Part shown: one piece after another, positions 26,370-35,872 of the stretch
Layout: the number at the start of each line of letters is the position of its first letter
How positions within the stretch are numbered: position 1 is the first letter of the stretch
DNA from: Eubacteriales bacterium
GTDB taxonomy: Bacteria; Bacillota; Clostridia; Oscillospirales; CAG-272
DNA length: 64,000 bases
Direction: 5' to 3'
NCBI GenBank assembly: GCA_045653105.1
Contig: JAZOLL010000047.1
Coordinates: 698 to 64,697 of the forward strand
Position numbers and translations under genes: made by a program
The notes under the pieces: generated by a model
Told to the model about the DNA's origin: nothing
The model's database searches: none
The model's input: the letters and a program-made list of their open reading frames with translations, nothing else

Positions 26370-26810
26370 ATGGAAAGAATAAAAGCAACATCTGGAAAAA
26401 TACTCTCGGTGGATTTCGGAGATGTCAGAACGGGTCTTGCCATTTCCGACTCGTCAAGATTTCTCGCATCGGGAATAGGGTATATTTCTCCCGGGGGAAT
26501 TGAAAAGACGGCAGATGCAGTGAGTGAGATCGCTATAAAGGAAAAGGTTTCTGCCATCGTTGTTGGTCTTCCCAAAAAGATGGACGGAAGCGAAGGCTCT
26601 CGCGCTAACAGATGTAAAAAGTTTGCAAGCATGCTTGAGGAGCGCACCTCCCTGCCCGTTGCGATGTTTGACGAGAGAATGACTACTATGACGGCATCGC
26701 GCTATCTGAACGAAACAAACACTCGTGGCGCGAAGAGAAAACAGGTCATAGACACCCTTTCCGCACAGATAATCCTTCAAAACTGTCTTGACAGATTAAA
26801 ACACATGTGA
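26370..26810 (+). CDS. ruvX: Holliday junction resolvase-like RuvX/YqgF
   Basis: ILSVDFGDVRTGLAISD...VVGLPKKMDGSEG. Confidence 0.85.
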   Translation: MERIKATSGKILSVDFGDVRTGLAISDSSRFLASGIGYISPGGIEKTADAVSEIAIKEKVSAIVVGLPKKMDGSEGSRANRCKKFASMLEERTSLPVAMFDERMTTMTASRYLNETNTRGAKRKQVIDTLSAQIILQNCLDRLKHM

Positions 26811-26821
26811 TCGGAGCGCTT

Positions 26822-27022
26822 ATGAACAATACGAAAAAGAAAAGCTCTGCCTCCAGTTGTGAGAGCTGTGTTTTCTATGACTACGATGAATATGAGGATG
26901 CTTACGTCTGCACGATGTCACTTGACCAAGACGAGCTTTCTCACTTTTTATCGGGCAGAACGAAAGAATGCCCTTATTACAGATTTTACGACGAATACAA
27001 GAGCGTACATAAACAGATCTAA
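26822..27022 (+). CDS. small Cys-containing hypothetical protein
   Basis: ATG 26822 after GGAG. CESCVFYDYDEYEDAYVC...ECPYYRF suggests a zinc-binding mini-domain. Confidence 0.45.
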   Translation: MNNTKKKSSASSCESCVFYDYDEYEDAYVCTMSLDQDELSHFLSGRTKECPYYRFYDEYKSVHKQI

Positions 27023-27036
27023 GAACGGAGTAATAT

Positions 27037-28122
27037 ATGCCAAAGCTTTTTGACTATCTTGATTGGAGAGGAGACATAACGTTTTCTGAGCTTCCCCTCA
27101 ATGAGGTCGACTCTCTTATATTATCTCTCATCTCCTATATTGAGTTTTCCGATATTCTTCCAACATCGCACCACAGAACGCTTCAGCTTCTGTCCGCGGT
27201 AAAGAAATATCTTGCCGCGCACAAGGGAGAGGGGCTTTATATGGGCGCTATTGTTCCGGCAGACACGATAACTCTTCTTGCAAAAGCCGCAAAAACTCAC
27301 CGATTCGGCACATTGAAGCTTGGAGGATATTCAAGCATTATAGACAATGATACAGAGCTTCAGTTCTCTGCTGTAACGTTTCACCTTGGAAACGGCAGCA
27401 TATACGTTGGTTTCAGGGGCACCGACGACACCCTCGTAGGCTGGAAAGAAAATCTTAATATGAGCTTTATGACCCCTGTACCCGCGCAGATCGAGGCGGC
27501 AAAATACCTTGAGAGTGTTGCGGAATCAACTGATGCGGACATCTACGTTGGCGGTCACAGTAAAGGTGGAAATCTCGCGGTATATGCCGCGACAAAGGTA
27601 TCCACCACCGTACAAAACAGAATAAAGGCGGTATATAACAACGACGGACCTGGATTTAGCTCTGACTTTATAAAGGGGGCTGACTATATGCGAATAAGAG
27701 ACCGCATACGCACCTTTGTTCCACAGTCCTCTGTCGTAGGGCTCTTGCTCGAGCACGGAAGCCCGTATGAAATAGTTAAGAGTACCGAAACGGGACTTTT
27801 TCAGCACGATGCCTTTTCCTGGGAGCTCCTTGGCGGAAAATTTATATATCTCAATGACTTGACTCCCGAAAGCCTCAAAATAGACCAAACCGTAAAAGGA
27901 CTGCTCAGTGAGATGGATATGACTCAGCGCGAGACCTTTGTAAATGCGATATACGAAACACTTATCGCAACAAATGCTACAACACTCACTGATATAAGCA
28001 CCGATAAGCTAAAGCTGATCAAGGCCTGGAACACACTTGATGACCAATCAAAAACAATTATCACAAAGACGGTAAAGACTATCCTGCGTGAAAATTTTAA
28101 ACCGTTGAAAAAGAAAAAATAA
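27037..28122 (+). CDS. Mbeg1-like/DUF2974 lipase-fold protein
   Basis: LDWRGDITF..., FRGTDDTLVGWKEN, GHSKGGNLA. Confidence 0.65.
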   Translation: MPKLFDYLDWRGDITFSELPLNEVDSLILSLISYIEFSDILPTSHHRTLQLLSAVKKYLAAHKGEGLYMGAIVPADTITLLAKAAKTHRFGTLKLGGYSSIIDNDTELQFSAVTFHLGNGSIYVGFRGTDDTLVGWKENLNMSFMTPVPAQIEAAKYLESVAESTDADIYVGGHSKGGNLAVYAATKVSTTVQNRIKAVYNNDGPGFSSDFIKGADYMRIRDRIRTFVPQSSVVGLLLEHGSPYEIVKSTETGLFQHDAFSWELLGGKFIYLNDLTPESLKIDQTVKGLLSEMDMTQRETFVNAIYETLIATNATTLTDISTDKLKLIKAWNTLDDQSKTIITKTVKTILRENFKPLKKKK

Positions 28123-28124
28123 TA

Positions 28125-28158
28125 AAAAAGCGCAGATGCTTTCGCATCTGCGCTTTTT
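28125..28158. terminator. bidirectional intrinsic terminator
   Basis: AAAAAGCGCAGATGC-TTTC-GCATCTGCGCTTTTT. Confidence 0.8.
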
Positions 28159-28188
28159 GTTTATAGTTAAATCAAGCAGTCTATAAGA

Positions 28189-29541
28189 TCAGACTACTCC
28201 CTGCGCCTTCATAGCCTCTGCAACCTTGATAAATCCTGCAATGTTAGCTCCTGCTACAAGGTCGTCTCCAAGTCCATACTCGTTAGCTGCCTTTACGGAG
28301 TTGTCGAATATGTTCTTCATTATCATGTGAAGCTTAGCGTCTACCTCGTCAGTTGTCCAGCTGTAACGCATAGAGTTCTGAGACATCTCAAGTCCGGATA
28401 CGGAAACACCACCTGCATTAACCGCCTTAGAGGGCGCGATGATAACACCGTTCTCCTTGAGGTAAGCAATTGCCTCATTGGTTGTGGGCATGTTGGAAAC
28501 CTCTACGTAGTACTTGATGCCGTTAGCAACGATCTCCTCTGCCTCAGCCATACCAACCTCGTTCTGTGTTGCGCAAGGCATAAGGATATCTGCCTTAACA
28601 CCCCAAGGCTTCTGTCCGGGGAAGAACTCAACGCCAAACTTGTCAGCATAATCCTGAACCTTATTGCGGCAGGATGCGCGCATCTCAAGCATAAAGTCGA
28701 TCTTTTCCTCTGTAGCTACACCGTCAGGATCGTAAACGTAACCGTCAGGACCGGAAATAGTAACTACCTTACCACCGAGCTCGTTGATCTTCTTTACAGT
28801 ACCCCAAGCAACGTTACCGAAGCCGGATACAACAAATGTCTTGCCCTTAATATCATCCTTAAAGTGCTTGAGCATCTCAACTGTGTAGTAAACTGCGCCA
28901 AAGCCTGTTGCCTCGGGACGGATAAGAGATCCACCGTAAGGAAGTCCCTTTCCTGTGAGAACTCCTGTAAACTCGTTGCGAAGTCTCTTGTACTGACCGA
29001 AGAGATAACCTACCTCTCTTGCGCCAACACCGATATCACCTGCGGGAACGTCTGTATCAGCACCGATGTGTCTCTCAAGCTCTGTCATAAAGCTCTGGCA
29101 GAATCTCATAACCTCCGCGTCAGATTTGCCCTGAGGATCGAAGTCGGATCCACCCTTACCGCCGCCCATGGGCAAGGAGGTAAGAGAGTTCTTAAATGTC
29201 TGCTCAAAGCCAAGGAACTTGATTATGCTTTCGTTTACAGAGGGGTGGAATCTGAGGCCGCCCTTGTAAGGACCGATAGCACTGTTGAACTGTATTCTAA
29301 ATCCACGGTTAACCTGAACGTTACCCTTGTCATCAACCCACGGAACGCGGAACTTGATGATTCTCTCAGGCTCTACCATTCTCTCAAGAACGCCGGATGT
29401 TATGTAGTCGGGGCGTGCTTCGATAACGGGTTCGATAGACTCAAGAACTTCTTTTACTGTCTGATGGAACTCAGGCTCGTTGGGGTTTCTCTTAACAACT
29501 CTGTCCATAAGCTCGTTAAGATACTGATTTTTAAAACTCAT
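28189..29541 (-). CDS. gdhA: NADP-specific glutamate dehydrogenase
   Basis: Start MSFKNQYLNEL; KGGLRFHPSV, LPMGGGKGGSDFDP, GFGNVAWG. Confidence 0.9.
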   Translation of the reverse strand: MSFKNQYLNELMDRVVKRNPNEPEFHQTVKEVLESIEPVIEARPDYITSGVLERMVEPERIIKFRVPWVDDKGNVQVNRGFRIQFNSAIGPYKGGLRFHPSVNESIIKFLGFEQTFKNSLTSLPMGGGKGGSDFDPQGKSDAEVMRFCQSFMTELERHIGADTDVPAGDIGVGAREVGYLFGQYKRLRNEFTGVLTGKGLPYGGSLIRPEATGFGAVYYTVEMLKHFKDDIKGKTFVVSGFGNVAWGTVKKINELGGKVVTISGPDGYVYDPDGVATEEKIDFMLEMRASCRNKVQDYADKFGVEFFPGQKPWGVKADILMPCATQNEVGMAEAEEIVANGIKYYVEVSNMPTTNEAIAYLKENGVIIAPSKAVNAGGVSVSGLEMSQNSMRYSWTTDEVDAKLHMIMKNIFDNSVKAANEYGLGDDLVAGANIAGFIKVAEAMKAQGVV

Positions 29542-29646
29542 TTTTCTTTCCTCTCTTTTATTTGAAATTATTGTTTCGCAAAATAAGGAGTATGGAACAA
29601 ATTGAAATTGCAAGTTCTATACTTTAAAATTTCACATTACTAGATA

Positions 29647-29675
29647 ATTATAGCACAGCAGTATATCTCTGTCAA
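29647..29675 (-). promoter_or_regulatory. consensus promoter of gdhA (TTGACA-17-TATAAT)
   Basis: Reverse strand reads TTGACAGAGATATACTGCTGTGCTATAAT. Confidence 0.6.
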
Positions 29676-29766
29676 CTATAAATCGACCAAAAACCCGAAA
29701 ATTTATTCAAAAATTCAATGTTTCGAGATAGGCAAAATGCAAGAAAAAAATTTTTTGTTTCAGAAA

Positions 29767-31245
29767 TCAGAGAATTATGCAGATAAGTCCACCGCTTCCC
29801 TCATTTATTATGCGCTCGAGTGTTTCCGAGAGTTTAGTTCTTGACTCTTCGGGCATATGCTCAAGTTTTGTATGAAGTCCCTCATTGACAAGCTCGTAAA
29901 GGCTCTTGCCGAAAAGGTTGGACTCCCATATCTTTCCGGGCTCTGCCTCAAACTCACGGAGCATATATTTTACAAGGTCCTCGGACTGCTGCTGAGTGCC
30001 GACTATCGGGCTTATCTCTGTCTCGATATTTGCTCTTATCATGTGTATCGACTGCGCGGATGCCGAGAGCTTTACTCCATAGCCGCCCGACTGCTTTACG
30101 ATCTTCGGCTCTTCAAGGCGCAGCTCATCAACTGTTGGCATCACTATTCCGTATCCCTTTTCCTCCGCCATGTCCAAAGCCTCTGCCACTCTGTCGTATT
30201 TAGACTTCATTTCAGAGAAATGCTTGAGGAGTGCGATAAGCTCGCCCTCGCACTTTATTTCAAATCCTCCGAGCTCGCTAAGCACCGAATAATAAAGTGA
30301 GGAATCAAAGCTTGTGCTTATCAATGCCTTACCTGTTCCGAGATCTATATCATCAACCACGCTTGAGGATATGTATTCGTTATCTGCGAGTGTGGAGAAT
30401 GCAGCCTTGATATCTCCTGTTTTTTTCACTTTATCGGCGCACTCACAAATGCTTGCGTTCACACTCTTTTTAATTCTGTGATCAGCGTCAAGCGCTGACA
30501 TCCAGGATGGCATTTGCACTCTTATTTCGGTAACAGGAAACTCGTGCAAAACGAGTTCAAGAATGTGTCTTATATCCTCCGCGTCAAGGTCGATACAGCT
30601 CACAAGTGCCACGGGTACCTCATATTTTGCCTCAAGCTCATATGCGAGCGCGATCGAGTCCTCAGATGCGGGATTTGCAGAATTGAGCACCATAGCAAAG
30701 GGCTTTCCTATGGCCTTTAGCTCTTTTACTATTCTCTCCTCTGCTTCCACGTAGCTCTCACGTTTTATATCCCCTATCGTTCCGTCGGTGCTTATAAGCA
30801 TTCCTATCGTGGAGTGCTCCTTTATTACCTTTTCCGTTCCCATTTCTGCCGCTTCCACAAAGGGCATAGGCTCGCTCTGCCAAGGAGTGTTTACCATTCT
30901 CGGCTGTCCGTTCTCTATAGTTCCGAGTGCCTCGGATACTATATATCCAACACAGTCTATCATTTTTACGCGAAGCGTTGCACAATCGTCAAGTGCTATA
31001 CTGACAGCCTCGTCGGGAACGAACTTCGGCTCGGTAGTCATTACCGTCTTACCTGCCGCAGATTGCGGCATCTCGTCTCTTGCGCGGTCACGAGAATATT
31101 CGTCGTTTATATTTGGGAGCACCAAGGACTCCATAAATCTTTTTATAAAAGTAGATTTTCCGGTTCTTACAGGTCCGACAACTCCTATGTATATATCGCC
31201 TCCGGTACGTTCCGCTATATCCCTATAAATTGAATGCTCAGTCAT
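29767..31245 (-). CDS. spoIVA: stage IV sporulation protein A (spore coat morphogenetic ATPase)
   Basis: MTEHSIYRDIAERTGGDIYIGVVGPVRTGKSTFIKRFME...; 492 aa. Confidence 0.9.
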   Translation of the reverse strand: MTEHSIYRDIAERTGGDIYIGVVGPVRTGKSTFIKRFMESLVLPNINDEYSRDRARDEMPQSAAGKTVMTTEPKFVPDEAVSIALDDCATLRVKMIDCVGYIVSEALGTIENGQPRMVNTPWQSEPMPFVEAAEMGTEKVIKEHSTIGMLISTDGTIGDIKRESYVEAEERIVKELKAIGKPFAMVLNSANPASEDSIALAYELEAKYEVPVALVSCIDLDAEDIRHILELVLHEFPVTEIRVQMPSWMSALDADHRIKKSVNASICECADKVKKTGDIKAAFSTLADNEYISSSVVDDIDLGTGKALISTSFDSSLYYSVLSELGGFEIKCEGELIALLKHFSEMKSKYDRVAEALDMAEEKGYGIVMPTVDELRLEEPKIVKQSGGYGVKLSASAQSIHMIRANIETEISPIVGTQQQSEDLVKYMLREFEAEPGKIWESNLFGKSLYELVNEGLHTKLEHMPEESRTKLSETLERIINEGSGGLICIIL

Positions 31246-31293
31246 AAAAAAACCTCCCGTATATTTTTCAATAAAATATATGGGAGGATATTT

Positions 31294-31788
31294 TTATTTA
31301 GAACTGTTTTTTGCGCGTATCTCTTCTATTTTCGCTATAGCCTTTGCGGGCAGATATGCCTCGATGTTATCTCCGTTTGATATCTTCTCTCTCACGAGTG
31401 TAGAGCTAAGGCTCTTGAGATGATCCTCGGTCTTCAAAAGCACCGTTTTCGCATCAGGATAATGCTCGGCATTGTATTCTGCCATTTTAAGCTCGTATGC
31501 CTCGTCTGTCTCGTTTCTTATCCCCTTTACTATAGCACACGCGCCAAGTGTTTTGGCAAGCTTCCAAAGATATCCCTCAGAGGATATGACCTCAACACCA
31601 TCCATATCGCCAAGCGCTGCTTTTGCGATATCTGTGCGCTCTTCAAGGCTAAACATATACTTCTTGGCGTCGTTGATCATCACCGCAAGATACACCTTAT
31701 CATATCTTTCTTTGGCGCGTCTTACTATATCTATATGTCCGTTTGTTATGGGGTCAAAGCTACCCGGTACTATTGCTATGCTTTCCAT
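31294..31788 (-). CDS. coaD: pantetheine-phosphate adenylyltransferase
   Basis: MESIAIVPGSFDPITNGHIDIVRRA. Start chosen directly after the rsmD stop. Confidence 0.9.
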   Translation of the reverse strand: MESIAIVPGSFDPITNGHIDIVRRAKERYDKVYLAVMINDAKKYMFSLEERTDIAKAALGDMDGVEVISSEGYLWKLAKTLGACAIVKGIRNETDEAYELKMAEYNAEHYPDAKTVLLKTEDHLKSLSSTLVREKISNGDNIEAYLPAKAIAKIEEIRAKNSSK

Positions 31789-31790
31789 AC

Positions 31791-32357
31791 TTACTCTTCC
31801 GTTTTCTTTCTGAAAATATTGATGCATACTCTGCCGTATCTTGCCTGCTTTACACACTCAAGTCTCTTGCAAAGAGCCGCATCATCGCCGAGGATATCCA
31901 TATCCTCCGACTCGCAAACCATGATAGAGCTATCCTTGAGCATATCGTTATCAAGCAAAAGTGAAAGCGATGAACGATACATATCAGCGGCATAGGGAGG
32001 GTCGATAAATACGATGTCAAATTTCTTACCTCGATTTTTGAGGATATACTCCCTTGCATCGCAATTATATACCTCGCACGCTTCGGCGAGCTTTGTTTTC
32101 GCCATATTCTGTTTTATTATCTTCACAGCGTCTCTTGACTTATCTATCATCACGGCGTGCGCCGCGCCGCGGCTTACCGCCTCAAGAGAAAGCTGCCCGC
32201 TACCCGCAAAGAGATCCAGCACCTCTCTGCCCTCTATGTCAAACTGAAGTGTTGAGAAAAGAGCTTCCTTAACTCGCTCCGCGGTGGGTCTTGTGGCGCT
32301 TCCATCCAAAGTTTCAAGCTTTATTCCTCTGGCACGCCCTGTTATGATCCTCATCAT
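31791..32357 (-). CDS. rsmD: 16S rRNA (guanine966-N2)-methyltransferase
   Basis: RIITGRARGIKL...RPT.ERVKEALF..., DLFAGSGQLSLEA, FIDPPY. Start overlaps the uvrC stop (ATGA). Confidence 0.85.
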   Translation of the reverse strand: MMRIITGRARGIKLETLDGSATRPTAERVKEALFSTLQFDIEGREVLDLFAGSGQLSLEAVSRGAAHAVMIDKSRDAVKIIKQNMAKTKLAEACEVYNCDAREYILKNRGKKFDIVFIDPPYAADMYRSSLSLLLDNDMLKDSSIMVCESEDMDILGDDAALCKRLECVKQARYGRVCINIFRKKTEE

Positions 32358-34210
32358 TTGCTATTCTTTAGCCCCTTGTTTTTAAAATGATCTCTTATAT
32401 TTACAGCGTCGTTATGCGTGATGCCCTTAACGCTCTCAAGCGCTTCTATATCAGCTTTCTTTATCTCGGAAAGCCCACCGAATGCGCGAAGGAGTGACGA
32501 TGCCTTTGCAGGTCCTATGCCCGATATCTTTTCAAGCGAGGACTTTTTGAGGGTCCTGCGTTTTCCCTTCATCGTCTTTTCTACCGAAAAGCGGTGTACC
32601 TCCTCCTGTATACCGAAAATGAACATATAAAGAGCTCTCTGCTTTGCGATATTTATCTCCTCAGTATCGCTGCAAAGCGCACGTGTTTTATGGAAGTCAT
32701 CCTTTACCATTCCAAACACGGGAATAGAAAGCCCGTACCGTTCAAGCAGCTCCTTTGCTACTGCCACGTGTGTTTTTCCACCATCGAGGAGAATGAGGTC
32801 CGGCTCAATCGAGAAAGTGCCAACCTTATCTTCTAGCAGATGTTCAAAGCGTCTTGTAAGTGCCTCTCGAAGTGATGCGTAGTCATCTGTTCCCGAAACA
32901 GTTTTTATATTGAAGCTACGATAATCAGATTTCTTGAATTTTCCGCCCTCTGAAACTATCATTCCGCAGACCTTGTTATCCGCGCCGATATTGGATATAT
33001 CATATGCCTCGATACGTTCGGGCAACACCTCAAGTCTGAGCGCCTCTGCGAGTGCGACAAGCGTATTCTCGGATTTTTTCATATCAGCCTCATACTGTCT
33101 TGCACGCTCCTTTGCATTTTCCTCTACCGTGTTGCAAAGATTATGGAGTGCGCCTCGCTCGGGAGTCTTGATATTTATCTTATATCCCGCAAGCCCCGAA
33201 AAATAGCGCTCAAGCGTATTTTTGTCCTCTTCGGAAAGCTCGAAAGAAATAAGAATATTTTTAGGTATATAATCTCTTATATTATAGTGCTCTATGAGGA
33301 AAGAAGAAAGCGTCTCCGCATTGACTATCGTGCTTGCGCCAAATATATGATCTGCCTTATCGGTGACGGCTCCGCCTCTTACGTACATAACCGATATACA
33401 ACTGCAGAAATCGTCAGTGTATATTCCAAATATATCTTGCTCCGCGTCGGGAGATGCGACCATATACTGCTTTTGCTTGAGTGCGGTAAGAGATCTTATC
33501 GTATCCCTGCACCGTGCCGCTGCTTCATAATTCTCCACTTCAGCAAAATCCATCATCTGTCGCTCAAGTACCTTTATTGCATCGCTTATATTTCCTCTGA
33601 GTATATCAGTAGCGCAAGAGATAAGCTTTGCATATTCTTCGGGAGTTACCTTTCCCGTGCAAACACCGCAGCACTGCCCTATCTGATAGTAAAGGCAGGG
33701 ACGCTCTTTACCTATATCCTCGGGGAATCTTCTCTTACAAGTGGGAATTCCAAGTGATTTTCTCATAAGGTCGAGAAGATTAAACACAGTAGAAGTACCG
33801 GTGAATGGACCGAAATACTTTCCCTTATCCGCAAGTCTTTTTCTTGTATATATAAGTCTCGGATAAAGCTCCGAGGTTATTTTTATATAAGGATAGGACT
33901 TGTCATCCTTAAGTCTGATATTATACTTAGGGGTATATTGCTTGATAAGCGTATTTTCAAGGCTGAGCGCCTCGATCTCTGTCGAACAAAGAAAATAATC
34001 AAAATCCTCGACAAGACTTATAAGCTTATCTGTTTTATAATTCTTTTTGCTGTTCTGAAAATACTGAGATACCCTTTGCTTGAGCTTTCTGGATTTGCCG
34101 ACATATATGACCTTGCCGTTTTTATCCTTCATAAGATACACGCCGGGAGTTGTAGGCAGCGAGTTTGCCTTTTTTAATAAATGCTCTATTCTGTCTTCGC
34201 TTTTTGGCAT
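32354..34210 (-). CDS. uvrC: excinuclease ABC subunit C
   Basis: GIY-YIG N-terminus PGVYLMKDKNGKVIYVGKS, UvrBC domain, and C-terminal HhH (GIGPAKASSLLRAFG). Confidence 0.9.
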   Translation of the reverse strand: MPKSEDRIEHLLKKANSLPTTPGVYLMKDKNGKVIYVGKSRKLKQRVSQYFQNSKKNYKTDKLISLVEDFDYFLCSTEIEALSLENTLIKQYTPKYNIRLKDDKSYPYIKITSELYPRLIYTRKRLADKGKYFGPFTGTSTVFNLLDLMRKSLGIPTCKRRFPEDIGKERPCLYYQIGQCCGVCTGKVTPEEYAKLISCATDILRGNISDAIKVLERQMMDFAEVENYEAAARCRDTIRSLTALKQKQYMVASPDAEQDIFGIYTDDFCSCISVMYVRGGAVTDKADHIFGASTIVNAETLSSFLIEHYNIRDYIPKNILISFELSEEDKNTLERYFSGLAGYKINIKTPERGALHNLCNTVEENAKERARQYEADMKKSENTLVALAEALRLEVLPERIEAYDISNIGADNKVCGMIVSEGGKFKKSDYRSFNIKTVSGTDDYASLREALTRRFEHLLEDKVGTFSIEPDLILLDGGKTHVAVAKELLERYGLSIPVFGMVKDDFHKTRALCSDTEEINIAKQRALYMFIFGIQEEVHRFSVEKTMKGKRRTLKKSSLEKISGIGPAKASSLLRAFGGLSEIKKADIEALESVKGITHNDAVNIRDHFKNKGLKNSK

Positions 34211-34250
34211 ATATCTTACCCCCTTTCTAAAGTATCTCTTGTTTTAAAAA

Positions 34251-34277
34251 ACGGAGCTGTCCAGAAAACAGCTCCGT
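34251..34277 (-). terminator. intrinsic terminator after ptsH
   Basis: Reverse strand reads ACGGAGCTGT-7 nt-ACAGCTCCGT followed by TTTTT. Confidence 0.75.
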
Positions 34278-34283
34278 ATAGTT

Positions 34284-34547
34284 TTATTCCGCAAAACCGG
34301 TATTTATAAGTTCTACCAACGCATCGATAGCCTTTTCCTCATCGGGTCCTTCTGCTACGAGATTGACCGTCATTCCTTTGGCTATTCCAAGCGAAAGAAC
34401 ACCAAGCAAGCTCTTTGCATTGACCCTTCGCTCATCCTTTTCTATCCATATAGAAGACTTGAAAGAACTAGCCCTCTGGATAAAGAAGGTCGCAGGTCTT
34501 GCGTGCAAGCCGATACTATTGGTTATTACTACATCTTTCCTTAACAT
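34284..34547 (-). CDS. ptsH: HPr phosphocarrier protein
   Basis: Start MLRKDVVITNSIGLHARPA (His15 context) and KSLLGVLSLG (Ser46 context). The upstream part of the track ORF was discarded; RBS AGGAG. Confidence 0.8.
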   Translation of the reverse strand: MLRKDVVITNSIGLHARPATFFIQRASSFKSSIWIEKDERRVNAKSLLGVLSLGIAKGMTVNLVAEGPDEEKAIDALVELINTGFAE

Positions 34548-34739
34548 AAACCTTGCTCCTGTTCTTGTAGAGAATGAAACTGACACTTTTCCTAACACAA
34601 ATAGTATATCAAAAATCGACTTTAAAATCAACAGAAAAATATTAGTGAAAATTTATAAACTTTTTGCGATTTTTTAAAATTATTTGGCGAAAAAGACATA
34701 ATTTGAGGCTTTTTAGGAAATATCATTACAAAAGTAAAA

Positions 34740-35282
34740 TTATTCCTCGTAAATCTCTATATTAGTGATGTCAATAACGAAGGTTACGCGTTCTGTACGC
34801 ACCTCAAGCGTGAGCCCGGGAGCGATATAGGTATCTCCTCCAAACATAAATCCACCGTTTTCAAGGTATGCGCCCTCACACATAAAACGTCCCTTGAAAT
34901 CTATTCTTGATTCACTTTCCGGATATCCAACCTTAACCAGCTCACCGGTAGCTGTTGTAAAATATTCAAATCCGGGAGATGTTGTTCCAACGTCCTGTTT
35001 ATCCGCCTCTGCAGTCATCAGTACACCAAGCTTATCGCCATTTTCAGAAAGATAAAGTGAATCTCCTACACTAAGATAATCATAGGTGGTAGAGCGTATA
35101 TTTTTTACAGAATAAGAGATAACGTACTCCTGCTTATTCTGAATATTTTTCAGATAATCTACTATGTTATTCCTGAAAAACATTCCGCCGAGGATGAGTA
35201 TTACAAGAAGAATTATTATCGCGTCAAGCGCGTTAAAGTGGGGCGAATTTTTCTTTTCGATCTTATCTTGAGTCTTATTCAT
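34740..35282 (-). CDS. DUF4330-like membrane-anchored protein, paralog 1
   Basis: N-terminal TM helix (LDAIIILLVILILGGMFF) followed by a beta-rich domain. Confidence 0.5.
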   Translation of the reverse strand: MNKTQDKIEKKNSPHFNALDAIIILLVILILGGMFFRNNIVDYLKNIQNKQEYVISYSVKNIRSTTYDYLSVGDSLYLSENGDKLGVLMTAEADKQDVGTTSPGFEYFTTATGELVKVGYPESESRIDFKGRFMCEGAYLENGGFMFGGDTYIAPGLTLEVRTERVTFVIDITNIEIYEE

Positions 35283-35299
35283 ACCTTTCGCCTCCTTTA

Positions 35300-35827
35300 T
35301 TATTTAGCAGAAAATCCGATGCAATATCCCACGCCGACAAAATCGGGGAACCTGAGATACATCTTCTCTCCAACGGCTATTCTGGTGGCATTAACGCCGT
35401 AGCCTTCACCTTCATTATATACACCCGACGCAACTATAGTAACTGTTACATCATATCTGTCGGTATATTCTACAAGCTTTCCCTCCTTAGACTCCTCGTC
35501 ATAAGTGAGCTCGGAATGGTAATTGTTATAGTCCACCGCAAGAACAGTTCCAAGGGAATTCTTTGAAACCGAATCAACTACCGCATCGTTTTCCTTTATT
35601 TTGTTCAAATAAGCTTCATGCACACCGCTGATCTCAACGGTATACTGTATTGTAAGCTTTTGATCCGCCTGCAATTTTTTTATAAAAGGCATCGGTGCGA
35701 TCACATTTATTGCGACAAAAATTATCGCGAGTGCAAGCAATATGAGAAGCACATCTATAAAATTAAATCTGTAGGGCTTCTTTTTTGCGATTGTGTCGGC
35801 AGCGCCTTTATTTCTTTCTCGTTTCAT
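35300..35827 (-). CDS. DUF4330-like membrane-anchored protein, paralog 2
   Basis: Same architecture as its neighbour (NFIDVLLILLALAIIFVAINV...). Confidence 0.5.
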   Translation of the reverse strand: MKRERNKGAADTIAKKKPYRFNFIDVLLILLALAIIFVAINVIAPMPFIKKLQADQKLTIQYTVEISGVHEAYLNKIKENDAVVDSVSKNSLGTVLAVDYNNYHSELTYDEESKEGKLVEYTDRYDVTVTIVASGVYNEGEGYGVNATRIAVGEKMYLRFPDFVGVGYCIGFSAK

Positions 35828-35872
35828 TTACGAAAAAATTCCTTTCTGTAGAAATTTTTAAAATACAAATCA

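Noticed and set aside
28327-29565. 412-aa ORF on the plus strand
   Set aside because: It lies entirely antisense to gdhA, whose identity is unambiguous. Its translation is Cys/Leu/Ser/Val-rich with no motif, RBS or promoter. It is a typical shadow ORF of a strongly codon-biased gene.
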